A DNA stretch of 64,000 nt from Microcoleus sp. (GTDB lineage Bacteria; Cyanobacteriota; Cyanobacteriia; Cyanobacteriales; Microcoleaceae), in assembly GCA_042408215.1 (NCBI GenBank), contig JAYFMW010000020.1:64001-128000 (forward strand), in the 5' to 3' direction. Positions within the stretch are counted from its first letter, which is position 1, and each line of letters starts with the position of its first letter. The notes below the pieces were generated by a model that ran no database searches, was not told where the DNA came from, and worked only from the letters and a program-made list of their open reading frames with translations. The position numbers were made by a program, and so were the translations under genes. Of the stretch, positions 51,340-62,795 are shown in pieces.

Positions 51340-51683
51340 TTGTTGTGGGTTATTTGTTGTGGGTTATGTTGTTGGATTGGCGTTATTGGTTATTCGTTAT
51401 TTGAAAAACGAAAAACTCCCTATCCGTGTAAATGATTTTTCAGGGATAATAGCATTGATGGGACAATATCAGAGTCAGTCGATCGAGCTTCCCAGCATAG
51501 CCGTTTTCCAGCACATGAGGTGCGCCCTTACTAATTCGCAATTCAGGGAGAAGAAGGAAGAAACAGAAACTATTCCCGATGCTCGATGCTATAAAGGCCC
51601 GATGCCCGATGCCCAATGCCCGATGCCCAATGCCCGATGCCCAGGATCGATCGAACTCCCCAGTATTTCCCAAGCTGTCAATT

Positions 51684-52652
51684 ATGCCAAAACCCCAGAT
51701 ATCAGCAATAATTTGTACCCACAATCGTCACAGCTATCTAGGCGCTGCGATCGACAGCTTGCTAGTACAGGATTTTCCCGACAACTTTGAAGTAGTCGTA
51801 GTGGATAACGCTTCTAGCGATTATGCCAGCCCCGACAGCTCAAAAACGCGCACCCGCCAAGTAGTAGAAGCAAGACTCTCCAACCCCCGCCTCAAATACA
51901 TCTGGGAACCCGAACTCGGTTTGTCAGTAGCCCGGAACACCGGCGCGAGAGTTGCAGAAAGCGAAATTTTAGCCTATCTCGATGACGATGCTGTGGCTGA
52001 GTCCAATTGGCTCAGGGTGCTGCACAGCGCCTATCAAAGCCATCAAAAACTGGCCGTAGCCGGTGGTAAAGTCAATTTGCTCTGGCCTTCTGGAGGGGGC
52101 CCTCCCGACTGGCTTTCCCCCGGATTGGCCGAGAATTTGGGCGCCTACGATTTAGGGGAAAGTTGGGTGTACATAACCACTGCTGGATTGACTCCCAGAG
52201 GTGTAAACTACTCAATCCGGCGCACTTTTCTTGAACAAATTGGCGGTTTCGATGTCAAACTCGGTAGAGTCGGCAAAAAATTGTTGTCCAATGAAGAGTT
52301 GCATACCACAGAATTAGCTTTAGAGCTAGGTTGGCAAGTAGTTTATCTGCCCGAAGCCCTGGTGCTTCACAATGTCGCTCCCGAACGCCTTAACAAAGGG
52401 TGGTTTGTAGAGCGCGGGTGGTGGCAAGGTATCAGTGAGTGTTACCGGGAACAATTGTGCGATCGAGCCGGTATTGTTCAGCTTTGGCATGGGGGTGAAA
52501 GAATGTTTAGGGGTGTCTACAAATCTTTTAAATACATTAGAGATCCAGCGCTGCGCTTTGAAAACTTGGTTTTTGCTTGGGGTCAAATTGGTTATTTGAG
52601 TGCAGCCGTCCGCGGCCTGATTTTTCCACCGAAATCAACCCGCAGGCATTAG
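51684..52652 (+). CDS. Glycosyltransferase family 2
   Basis: ISAIICTHNR, VVDNAS, GLSVARNTG, YLDDDA. The upstream ORF extension is a (TGCCCRA)n repeat, so the ATG at 51684 is preferred. Confidence 0.9.
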   Translation: MPKPQISAIICTHNRHSYLGAAIDSLLVQDFPDNFEVVVVDNASSDYASPDSSKTRTRQVVEARLSNPRLKYIWEPELGLSVARNTGARVAESEILAYLDDDAVAESNWLRVLHSAYQSHQKLAVAGGKVNLLWPSGGGPPDWLSPGLAENLGAYDLGESWVYITTAGLTPRGVNYSIRRTFLEQIGGFDVKLGRVGKKLLSNEELHTTELALELGWQVVYLPEALVLHNVAPERLNKGWFVERGWWQGISECYREQLCDRAGIVQLWHGGERMFRGVYKSFKYIRDPALRFENLVFAWGQIGYLSAAVRGLIFPPKSTRRH

Positions 52653-52662
52653 GCTATAGGCG

Positions 52663-52891
52663 CATTGGTGTTAACTTAACGTCAAACTCAGTCACAGAAT
52701 ACTTGTTTGACTATTAAGCCCAGATCCCCCCCATTCTTGCCCCCTAGTCAACCCTACTCCCCTTCAGAAGGGGAGTAGGGGGTGAGAGAGGAAGCCTCTT
52801 TAAGTCCCCCTTCTTAAGGGGGATTTAGGGGGATCTAGACTTAGGTAAAAGCGAGATTTATCAAGGGTTTCAGTCTTAAGTTGACACTACG
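52663..52891. mobile_element. MITE copy 1 (about 229 bp)
   Basis: Ends CATTGGTGTTAACTTAA...TTAAGTTGACACTACG; homologous along its length to 60746-60982 in the opposite orientation. Confidence 0.8.
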
Positions 52892-52978
52892 AAAGGCAGT
52901 ACCGTGTCCCTACCGGACATCTATCGTACATACTTCATCCAAAACAACTCGACCGCATTCAGGTTCAAGCACTCGATT

Positions 52979-53935
52979 ATGACCTCTAGTTCATCCAAGA
53001 TTCCAGTTTCAGTTCTCATTCCGGCCAAAGACGAAGAACTTAATCTACCTGCGTGTCTGGCGAGCATTACCAGGGCGGATGAAATTTTTCTGGTAGATTC
53101 CCAAAGTAGCGATCGCACAGTAGAAATCGCCCTAAATAGTGGCGCAAAAGTAGTGCAATTCTACTTCAATAACCGCTGGCCAAAAAAGAAAAATTGGTCA
53201 TTGGATAACCTGCCATTTCGTAACGAATGGGTGTTAATTGTCGATTGCGACGAGCGGATTCCCCCAGAACTTTGGGACGAAATTGCCCAAGTCATCCAAA
53301 ACCCCAATTTTGAGGGCTACTACCTCAACCGCAAAGTCTTCTTTTTAGGTAAGTGGCTGCGTTACGGAGGCAGATATCCCGACTGGAACTTGCGTTTATT
53401 CAAGCATCAAAAAGGTCGTTACGAAAATCTCGGAACTGAATCCGTCCCCAATACCGGTGACAACGAAGTACACGAACACGTCATTTTAGCCGGTCAAGTT
53501 GGATACTTAAAAAATGACATGATCCACGAGGATTACCGCGATTTATTTCATTGGATAGAGCGCCACAACCGCTATTCTAATTGGGACGCTCGCGTTTATT
53601 ACAATATTATTGAAGGGCGCGACGACAGCGGCACTATTGGTGCAAACTTATTTGGAGATGCAGTGCAGCGTAAGCGATTTCTCAAAAAAGTTTGGGTGCG
53701 GCTGCCTTTTAAACCACTGCTCAGATTTATTTTATTTTACTTCATTCAGCTCGGCTTTTTGGATGGAAAAGCTGGCTATATTTATGCAAGGCTATTGAGT
53801 CAGTACGAGTATCAAATTAATGCAAAACTTTACGAATTGCGCTGTTGTGGCGGTCAGTTGAATGTGGCAGAATCTGAGCCTACTTTGTCGCCACCAGTAG
53901 TTAGAACTCAGGAGAGTGAAGTTAAATCGCCGTGA
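52979..53935 (+). CDS. Glycosyltransferase family 2
   Basis: VSVLIPAKDEE, VDSQSSDRT, VDCDE, EVHEH, RHNRYS, LGFLDG. Confidence 0.9.
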   Translation: MTSSSSKIPVSVLIPAKDEELNLPACLASITRADEIFLVDSQSSDRTVEIALNSGAKVVQFYFNNRWPKKKNWSLDNLPFRNEWVLIVDCDERIPPELWDEIAQVIQNPNFEGYYLNRKVFFLGKWLRYGGRYPDWNLRLFKHQKGRYENLGTESVPNTGDNEVHEHVILAGQVGYLKNDMIHEDYRDLFHWIERHNRYSNWDARVYYNIIEGRDDSGTIGANLFGDAVQRKRFLKKVWVRLPFKPLLRFILFYFIQLGFLDGKAGYIYARLLSQYEYQINAKLYELRCCGGQLNVAESEPTLSPPVVRTQESEVKSP

Positions 53936-54257
53936 GATTTTGCACGGAGAACATACTTTTTTATAATTAATAATCCCAAATCCTGTACGGGCGGGTTCAC
54001 CAGTAATATCATGTCCGGTGAATTGACCATAATTCCTGTAGGGGCGGGTTTCACCAACAATCTCGGCCTAATACCCATAATATAGTAGACTTCGACACTT
54101 CGACTACGCGAGCGTGCAACGCTACGCTCAGTAACCCGCCCCCACCCAACGGTCAATCACAATCTACCTCTTTCTAGATACAAGGGGCGGGTTTCATCAA
54201 AAATATTTGAAGCTAGCCCAGGGATAAATAAACCCGCCCCGCCTTTTCTTGATTTCC

Positions 54258-54458
54258 TTAAATCAGCCGGAAATTAGCAGATATTATCAAATTTGCACTC
54301 ACTCCAACCATAACACATAACTGCTCCCATGTCAAGAGGTTTTTGATAATTGTTCCCTGAGTATTTTGAGTTATTTCTAACTGGCTAAAGCTCAAACCTC
54401 CGGTTAGTGCGATCAAATCTTGACCGATCGCAAAATCAGCGATAACATCAAATCCTTT
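54258..54458 (-). pseudogene. Orphan C-terminal fragment of an RTX-like secreted protein
   Basis: FDVIADFAIGQDLIALTGGLSFSQL...ANF resembles the upstream gene's terminal DVITDF..DQIKL..FSQL module. Its 5' side abuts a palindromic mini-element at about 54459-54626. Confidence 0.6.
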
Positions 54459-54652
54459 ATACCAGTTTTTTATGAGGCCCCGTAGAATCTGATCCCCCCT
54501 AACCCCCCTTAATAAGGGGGGAACAAGATTCTGCTCTTTCGTCACCCCCTACTCACACCCTACTCCCTTATTAAGGGGGATGCGAGGGGGATCGAGATAT
54601 ATGCAACGACCCATTAAATTGGTATTAGCGTATAGTGTCTTCCCCAGCAATC

Positions 54653-57600
54653 TTACAAGAAAGAGCTACTATTAAGAGCAGTTTGATTCACATTATAAAC
54701 CACTCCCAAGTAGTCATTCCCCGATTTAATCGCCGTTGAAGCTACAGCCGTCGCACCATCTAAGATGATATTAACTGACTCAAAAGTTAGTTGACTGAAA
54801 GTGGCACCAATCAACTTGATTTGATCGTCGGAAGTGAAGTCAGTAATCACATCAGCTCGATCGGGATTATTGGCGATATATTCTAAGACAAAGTTATCAT
54901 TCCCTGCGCCACCTGTGAGCAGATCGAAACCTCGATCGCCATTCAGGATATCATTGCCCGCGCCACCTAATAAGACATCATCTTGCTTACCACCGCGCAG
55001 GGTATCATTACCATCGCCACCAGTGAGACTATCATTGTCATTATTTCCAGTTAAAAAGTCGTTATCAATACCGCCATCGATCGAGTCGGAACCTTTGCCG
55101 CCAAATAGTTGATCGTCGCCACCTAAGCCTACCAAATAATCTTCTCCTTGATTACCAAAATAGGTATTTGGTAATTCTGAACCTGTTAAGGAGTCGTTAC
55201 CAGAAAGAGCAAATATGGTTAAACCTAATGCTTCTGGTGGGATGCTGGTATCTATGCTATCTGTTAGTAAGTAAACATCACCTAATAGGGTATTTTCTGG
55301 TAAACCCGATGGAATGTTACTTGATACCGATGGTTTTGGTATAGCGATCGCTATTTTTACATCTGTTGGCGTTGGCGTTGGCGTTGGCGTTGGCGTTGGC
55401 GTTGGCGTTGGTGTCGGTATTACCAATGGAATTGGTATCGGCTTCGGTGTTACAGATGTTGGTGTTACAGGCGTTGGTGTTACAGGTGTTGGTGTTACAG
55501 GTGTTGGTGTTACAGGTGTTGGTGTTACAGGTGTTGGTGTTACAGGTGTTGGTGTTACAGGTGTTGGTGTCAGTATGACTGGGGTATTAGCAGCAGTCAA
55601 AATTTGTCGATCTAACGCAGTACCTGTGTTTTCTGCAACTAGAGAATCAAGGGTTTTTTGACCGGCACCAAAGGCCTTAAAGTCTTGAGTTGTTTCACCT
55701 AAAGCAACTTTTTGAATTACTGCTACTTGTTTTTGCAGTTGTGTAGGATCGGTATTAGTAGCGATCGCCTCTACAATACGTTGATTAGATGCTGCTATTA
55801 CCTGCGCTATGGCGGGTGCGGCCACTAATACCTCTTGGGTGTTAAAATTAGGATCGATCGCCTTCACCCGATCTGCTACCTTTTCCACTAAGGCCGCTAC
55901 TTGTTCAGATTTGGTTAAATCTAATGATACTCCGGTTTGGATGACATCTGCGATCGCACTCACTATTTGCTTAACAGCATCACCCACAGAAATATTACTT
56001 GCGCCTTCAATTAATCCCGCAGTTTGAGCGATCAAGTTTTGGGTTTCAGTCATCGCGCTTAATACCGATTTACCACCGGGTTGTTCGCCTTTAGTCGCCG
56101 CGATCGGATCGACATAATTAATCGCGATATCGCTAGGAATACCAAAAGTGCTAGTGACTTTGCTATTAGCTTCATCAACAGTTAAACCGCGATCGACCAT
56201 TTCCGCCAAGATAGTAGTCAGTAAAGTAATTACTTGTCCATCTGGTGTCGCTTTTAGCGGAGTTTCTAGGGGTAAACCCGTACCGATATCGACCCCGCCA
56301 AAAGCGACTAAATTACCTTCACTGGGATCGAGTTTGCCATTACTATTAGTGTCAAAAGTGCTAAAATCAACATCAAAAGCAAATGCGCCTTTACTGTCAG
56401 TTATCCCTTTGGGTTCGTTCGGATCGATGATGCCATTTTTGTTAGCATCAAAGAAGACATTAGCACCGGCAATATAGTCGTCAATCACGAAACCCGTGCA
56501 GTTCCAGCCTACAAGATTCAATAACTCACTGACACTCTTGCCATTATTATCAGTACCTTTCACTTCTACCCATTGGGGTAAAGATAAATTACTTCCTGGT
56601 ACTTGACTGAGAGTGCGAGTAATGGGGTCAAATTTTAGGGAAGCATTAGGTCCGTCAAATATTTCTGGAATAGTAGTTACGGAAGCATTGTCTGTTTTCC
56701 GCTTGTATTGACCCCCATTTCCGCCTTGCGTCCAGATATAATCTTGTCCATAGTCAACAGAATTATTGTCTAGGGCGGTGACTGTATAGGTAATAGTATC
56801 GCCTGGATTTGGATCGATAAATGTGTCAGGCGCAAACTTAAAAGCGGTATTGCTAGAAAATCCACTAGCAGCACTTTGAGTCCATACTGGGTTATAGACG
56901 ATCGGCGCTTGATTGTTAAGAGTTGGTGTAGGCGTTGGAGTTGGAGTTGTTGGTGTTGGCTCTACAGGCGTTGGCGTTGGCGTTACGGGTGTTGGTGTTG
57001 GCGTTACGGGTGTTGGTGTTGGAGTTACGGGTGTTGGCGTTGGCGTTACGGGTGTTGGCGTTGGCGTTGGTGTTGGAGTTACGGGCGTTGGCGTGGGTGC
57101 AGGAATATTAACCACAATATTCCCTAAACTGCCAGCGGCCACAAAATTCCCTAATGTATTCTTAACTTCAGTACCTTGTAAATCTACTGTGTAAGTCCCA
57201 TTATCCGTATTATCCCAAGTTCCACCAGGCGGCGTAAATGAATAAGTTACAAGACGCGGTGTACCATTACTATTATCAACACTGACTTTTGTGACGGGAA
57301 TATTGCCATTAATTTTGATATCGCGATCGTCAATGGTAGTAACATCAATTCCCGTATTATCAGTATAATTTACGAACAATTGTTGAACTGTGTCGCCTGC
57401 TGTAGTAATATTACCAACTTGCGTTAAACCAGCAGTTGGTAACGTAACATCATAAGTCCGTGTGAGTTGAGTCGCCGCGGTATTATTATTACCCGCAGTA
57501 TCAGTTGCTTTAGCCGCCGGAATATCAACTGTGACATTACCATTCGCAGTGGGAGTCACATCAAAAGTGTAGGTTTTCGCATCAACTGTGACCAAGTTAC

Positions 57601-60040
57601 CGACAGCAGCATTGGCTACGGTGATATCAGTATTATCAAAGCCGATGACATTTTCATTAAAGGTAGCAGTGACGCTAAATAAACCGTTAACTGTTGCTGC
57701 TGAAGTGGATGTTAAAGTAACAGTTGGTGCAACGGTATCAATAACTATGGCTTTGCTACCGCCGAGGGAGTTAGCTGAGGCTAAGGCGGGAAGAGTTAAA
57801 ACAGCATCCACAGCCAAATTATCTTGAATTGTGCCGCCGTTAAGGGTGAGGGCAGTTGTGGTGAGGTATTCTAAGTCAGCAGATGTGTCTCCTGCTTGCA
57901 CTACATAGTTGAAAGTGAGTGCAGTACCGCCACTACCACTGGTATATGTGGCAAATTTGTCAGTTGTGCCTGTTTCTAATTGCAGTTGGGGTGTGCCACC
58001 TGTGGTATCTACGGTGACAGCAGCATCAAAGGTGACGGTGATGGCGATGGTGGAACCTACACCGTAGCTGCCGTCAGGGGTGGTGGCGGTGACAGCAGTA
58101 ACTTTGGGGATAGTACCATTGAGGAGGATGGAGGCTGTACTGTCGCTCATATTTGCCACAGCTAAGTCGGGTTTCCCGTCGCCGTTGATGTCCCCGATGC
58201 TGACGGATTGGGGCTGAGTGCCAGTTGTGAAGTCAACTTTGGGGGCGAAAGTGGGGGTAGCGGCGTTGGTGGCGGTGGTGTTCAGCAGGATGGAAGCGCT
58301 GTTGCTGCCTGCGTTCACCACAGCTAAGTCAGGTTTCCCGTCGCCGTTGATGTCCCCGATGCTGACGAATTTGGGGCTACTGCCAGTAGTGAAGTCTATA
58401 TTGGTGGCGAAAGTGGGGGTGGTGGCTCCGGTGGCGGTGGTGTTCAGCAGAATGGAAGCGCTATTTCTGATGGGGCTCGCCACAGCTAAGTCAGGTTTGC
58501 CGTCGCCGTTGATGTCCCCAATGCTGACGGAGTTGGGGATATCGCCAGTATTGAAGTCAACTTTGGGGGCGAAAGTGGGGGTGGCGGCTTGGTGGCGGTG
58601 GTGTTGAGCAGGATGGAGGCGCTGTTGCTGACGAGTTCGCCACAGCTAAGTCAGGTTTGCCGTCGCCGTTGATGTCCCCGATGCTGACGGATTGGGGGCT
58701 AGTGCCAGTTGTGAAGTCAACTTTGGTGGCGAAAGTGGGGGTGGTGGCTCCGGTGGCGGTGGTGTTCAGCAGAATGGAGGCGCTGTTGCTGCCGATGTTC
58801 GCCACAGCTAAGTCAGGTTTGCCGTCGCCGTTGATGTCCCCAATGCTGACGGAGTTGGGGATATCGCCAGTAGTGAAGTCAACTTTGGTGGCGAAAGTGG
58901 GGGTGGTGGCATTGGTGGCGGTGGTGTTCAGCAGGATGGAAGCGCTGATGCTGACGTTCGCCACAGCTAAGTCAGGTTTGCCGTCGCCGTTGATGTCCCC
59001 GATGCTGACGGAGTTGGGGCTAATGCCAGTAGGGAAGTCAACTTTGGTGGCGAAAGTGGGGGTGGTGGCGTTGGATGCGGTGGTGTTCAGCAGGATGGAG
59101 GCGGTGTCGCTGCTGCTGTTTGCCACAGCTAAGTCAGGTTTTCCGTCGCCGTTGAAGTCGCCGATACTGACGAAGTTGGGGGTAAGGCCAGTAGGGAAGT
59201 CAACCTTGGTGGCGAAAGTGGGAGTGGTGGCTCCGGTGGCTGTGGTGTTCAGCAGGATGGAGGCGCTGGTGCTGCCCTGGTTCGCCACTGCTAAGTCCGG
59301 TTTTCCGTCGCCGTTGATGTCGCCGATGCTGACGGAGTAGGGGTTACTGCCAGTTGCGAAGTCAACTTTGGGGGCGAAAGTGGGGGTGGTGGCGACCGTG
59401 GCGGTAGTGTTGAGCAGGATGGAGGCGGTGCTGCCGTAGTTCGCCACAGCTAAGTCCGGTTTGCCGTCGCCGTTGATGTCCCCGATGCTGACGGATTGGG
59501 GGTAGTGCCAGTTGTGAAGTCAACTTTAGGGGCGAAGCCTAGTACGCCACTGTAGGTTTTGAGGGCCTTGGCGTTAAATGGTACTGTTGCTTCTATCGGA
59601 CCTGTTTTTACTTCTAAGTTCCAGTCTCCTCCTAATTCAGCGCTGCCGGTGAGGTTAGCTGAGGCGGCGATGTCTGCACCAGTGATTTCACTTAGTCGCT
59701 TGAGGAAGTTTTGGCCGGTTTCTCCTGCGGCTACTTCGCATCCATATAATAGGATGTCGGCGTTTTGGGTGAGGGCTTTTCCCCACTGTTTTAGCTTGGT
59801 GTTAAAATTTTCTAGGTTATTACTATTGAGTGCTTCTGTGCCGAGTGTTACACTGCCTGGGCTGCCGTGAGAAAGGATATGAATTGCTTTAATATCTTTT
59901 TGATTAGCCAAGGCGTTAGTAATTTGTTCGATCGCGCTCAAATTTTCATTTAAAATGAAAATTTGAGCGCGATCGGCGTTATAAATTAGACTTTGATAGT
60001 CCTGTACAGAGGAGTCTACGAAAATTATTTGCTTTTTCAC
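54653..60040 (-). pseudogene. Large secreted protein: DUF4347 + 9 FG-GAP/VCBS repeats + Ig-like + PT repeats + RTX Ca-binding; three 1-bp deletions (real or assembly errors)
   Basis: IHILSHG..DILLYGC..GGDWNLE; IGDINGDGKPDLAVAN x9; TPTP tracts; GGxGND repeats. Frames join at about 59502, 58634 and 58590. Confidence 0.85.
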
Positions 60041-60149
60041 GGTATATCACCTGGTAGTTTTGGTTGAGTCTTGGATATGAATACCCGTCAAAAATCTATG
60101 CTTCTTTTGATTTCGCTACGATCGCACTAGGGCGGCTATTTGTTGGCTA

Positions 60150-60430
60150 TATCCCAAAAAAACGGCGCTCAAATCGAAGATGATTTCTTTGTCAACTTGC
60201 GGGTGGTAATAGGCAGAAAATATACTCAGAATTAGCGATCGTTTTTGTGCAGGGGAAATAAACACGGAACACTCATTGTCTTCGCTCATAGCTGACAATA
60301 TTCCATCGACTTGCGCCCCGCACTGGGAGCGTCATAGCCGCGTGAAAACGGGGGTTTTGGCGCAATAAAGCGGCCAGTAAAGTAGAGCCTGAGCGTGGTA
60401 GTCCTGAGATGAAGTGGGCTTTCACTGGCC
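60150..60430 (-). pseudogene. Sulfotransferase family 5' remnant (frameshifted, truncated)
   Basis: HFISGLPRSGSTLLAALLRQNP (PAPS-binding motif), continuing in another frame as NECSVFI...IFSAYY...IIFD. Confidence 0.7.
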
Positions 60431-60745
60431 TCGCGTTACAATGCGTTTGTATAAATTGTATGCGATTTAAATGTATCATACTAAGGGCAGATTTTTTGAG
60501 ATTATATGTTTATTTAATATTTCTTAACACAACCTCAAGGTTTACGATATCTTTATAATCTAGACATGGTGAGTAGGGACACGGCACTGCCGTGTCCCTA
60601 CTTGCGATTTCTAGATTGTGTAACACAGTTTTGGATGCACTGCGACTAAAGAAACCGGGTTTTTCATCGAATCTACGGGCTGCAACGAAGTCTTTTCGTA
60701 AAAAACCCGGTTTCTGGACCCCCATCCTAGGGACACGGCAGTGCC

Positions 60746-60982
60746 CATTAGTGTCAACTCCTGAGACCCTTGAGAAATCTGGGTTTTACGCCAAGTCTAG
60801 ATCCCCCTAAATCCCCCTTAAGAAGGGGGACTTTGAGAAGACTCCTGTCCCACACCCCCTACTCCCCTACTCCCCTTCTTAAGGGGAGTAGGGGTTGAGT
60901 AGGGGGCAAGAAGACGGGGGATCTGGCCTGAATAGTCAAACAGCAGTCTCTGACTGGGTTTAACGTTAAGTTGACACCAATG
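60746..60982. mobile_element. MITE copy 2 (237 bp) with 9-bp target duplication
   Basis: GGCAGTGCC|CATTAGTGTCAACT...AGTTGACACCAATG|GGCAGTGCC. Confidence 0.88.
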
Positions 60983-61159
60983 GGCAGTGCCGTTTCCCTA
61001 CTTGGGAATTTTTACCGCAGATGATAGCGGATGTACGCGGATTAACGCGGATGAAATACAGCAGACGGCTGTAGGGACACGGCATTGCCGTGTCCCTACT
61101 TGGGAATTTTTACCGCAGATATCGGCGGATGTACGCAGATGTACGCAGATGAAGAGATG

Positions 61160-62011
61160 TTATTTGATGAGTTCTTCTAGGGATGGAAAAAGCAATTTTT
61201 CGGCGCTCACTTTTTGGCAGTCGCAAGGTTGTTGAGTTGCGGATATTTCTGATACTTTTCCTAGCAGCAATTGGATGCTTTCTATTAGCAATGGTAGGGT
61301 TAATAAAATTATTGATGCTGATACTAGCAAGCTAATTAAGCCGTCAGCCCAATTCCAGTGCAGCCACGCTACGGCGATCGCAGCTAAAATTACTCCAACT
61401 GACGAAAATATGTCGGCAACTGCGTGCAGAAAGGCGCTTTTGAGATTTAAGTCGCCGTGACAGCAGGAATGCAAGCAAAAAGCATTGATTGAGTTGATGC
61501 TTAAACCAGCAATTGCGGTAATTAACATCGGGAACCCTTCTACTTCGGGGGTTGGGGATTGCAAACGGGCGATCGACTCGGCGGCTATCCAAAGGGCGAT
61601 CGCTACTAAACTGATACTATTAACTAAAGCGGCAATGATTTCTGGGCGGGCGGGAATTGGCGATTGTGCGATCGCACAATCTACGGGTTTACTTCTTTTT
61701 CGTGATGAGTACCAAGTGGCTGTCAAAGTTATTGCTAAAGCTGCTACATCTGAAAAAACGTGACCCGCATCTGCTAAGAGGGACAAACTATGAGAAGTCA
61801 TTGCAGCGATTAACTCTGCTACAAAAAAGCTGCTAAGCAGTACCAAAGCTGTTTGTAAAAGTCGCACTTTGGGAATTCTGGGATTGGGATTCTCGCATTG
61901 TACGCGCGGCGAAGCTATCCCGTAGGGAATCGCCTTGGCGTTTTCAGAGTTGAAATTGTCCCTAACTGGAAATGTCATGCAGCAGTCCTTAAGGTTAAAC
62001 TCGATTTTCAA
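61160..62011 (-). CDS. Cation diffusion facilitator (CzcD/ZitB-like); start uncertain
   Basis: HSLSLLADAGHVFSD, EIIAALVN, LNLKSAFLHAVAD. Confidence 0.88.
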   Translation of the reverse strand: MKIEFNLKDCCMTFPVRDNFNSENAKAIPYGIASPRVQCENPNPRIPKVRLLQTALVLLSSFFVAELIAAMTSHSLSLLADAGHVFSDVAALAITLTATWYSSRKRSKPVDCAIAQSPIPARPEIIAALVNSISLVAIALWIAAESIARLQSPTPEVEGFPMLITAIAGLSINSINAFCLHSCCHGDLNLKSAFLHAVADIFSSVGVILAAIAVAWLHWNWADGLISLLVSASIILLTLPLLIESIQLLLGKVSEISATQQPCDCQKVSAEKLLFPSLEELIK

Positions 62012-62033
62012 TTAAACATTAAATCAACTATCA

Positions 62034-62711
62034 ATGACCGATTATATACCAACTCCGAATCAGGAACCGCAAAAGCCGATCGCCAATTCCCCAAATCCTG
62101 AAATCAATTATCATCCCATTGGCGACAACCAGGCAAATACTTTAACAGGGGAATCTTTGGTTGATTTGCGCCGGTACGATCGATCAAAGTTCGATCGGGG
62201 AAGGCCTGGTTGGCTAATTTTGCTTTGGTGGTTGGTACAGGCGATCGCATTTCCTCTCACTCCACACCCTGTTAACGGCATCAGAAGGTGGCTGTTGCGC
62301 CTATTTGGAGCAAAAATAGGTTTTGGTGTGATTATTCGCCCTACGGCTCGTTTTACCTATCCTTGGAAAATTGAAATCGGCGATTATAGTTGGATCGGAG
62401 ATGATGTGGTTTTGTACAGTCTCGATCGAATTGCGATCGGCAAAAACTGTGTAATTTCTCAAAAAAGTTATCTCTGCACCGGCACTCACGATCCTCAAGA
62501 CTCAGCCTTTGGCTTAATCACAGCATCTGTTACTATTAATAATGGGGTTTGGATTGCGGCCGATTGTTTCATTGGCCCTGGTGTCGAAATCGGTGCTAAC
62601 GCTTTAATTGGAGCTCGTAGCAGCGTCTTTAAAAATATGCCAGCTAGCTTTGTTTGCATGGGAAATCCCTGTCGTGCGCGCTATCCCAGAGAAATCCATA
62701 AAAGTTTGTAG
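62034..62711 (+). CDS. WcaF-family polysaccharide acetyltransferase
   Basis: LLRLFGAKIG, YPWKIEIGDYSWIGD, YLCTGTHD, hexapeptide repeats, GNPC. Confidence 0.9.
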   Translation: MTDYIPTPNQEPQKPIANSPNPEINYHPIGDNQANTLTGESLVDLRRYDRSKFDRGRPGWLILLWWLVQAIAFPLTPHPVNGIRRWLLRLFGAKIGFGVIIRPTARFTYPWKIEIGDYSWIGDDVVLYSLDRIAIGKNCVISQKSYLCTGTHDPQDSAFGLITASVTINNGVWIAADCFIGPGVEIGANALIGARSSVFKNMPASFVCMGNPCRARYPREIHKSL

Positions 62712-62795
62712 TACAGAATAACCAGAACTTTTTTAACCTAATAAATGTCGCGCAAGTATGCTATAATTAACTTATAAAAAATTAGCTTAATTTCT

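Noticed and set aside
55314..59340. Plus-strand VGVT-rich and MSPMLT ORFs
   Set aside because: Antisense shadows of the PT and FG-GAP repeats.
52663..60982. Composite transposon bounded by the two inverted MITE copies
   Set aside because: Copy 2 has its own target duplication on both sides, indicating an independent insertion.
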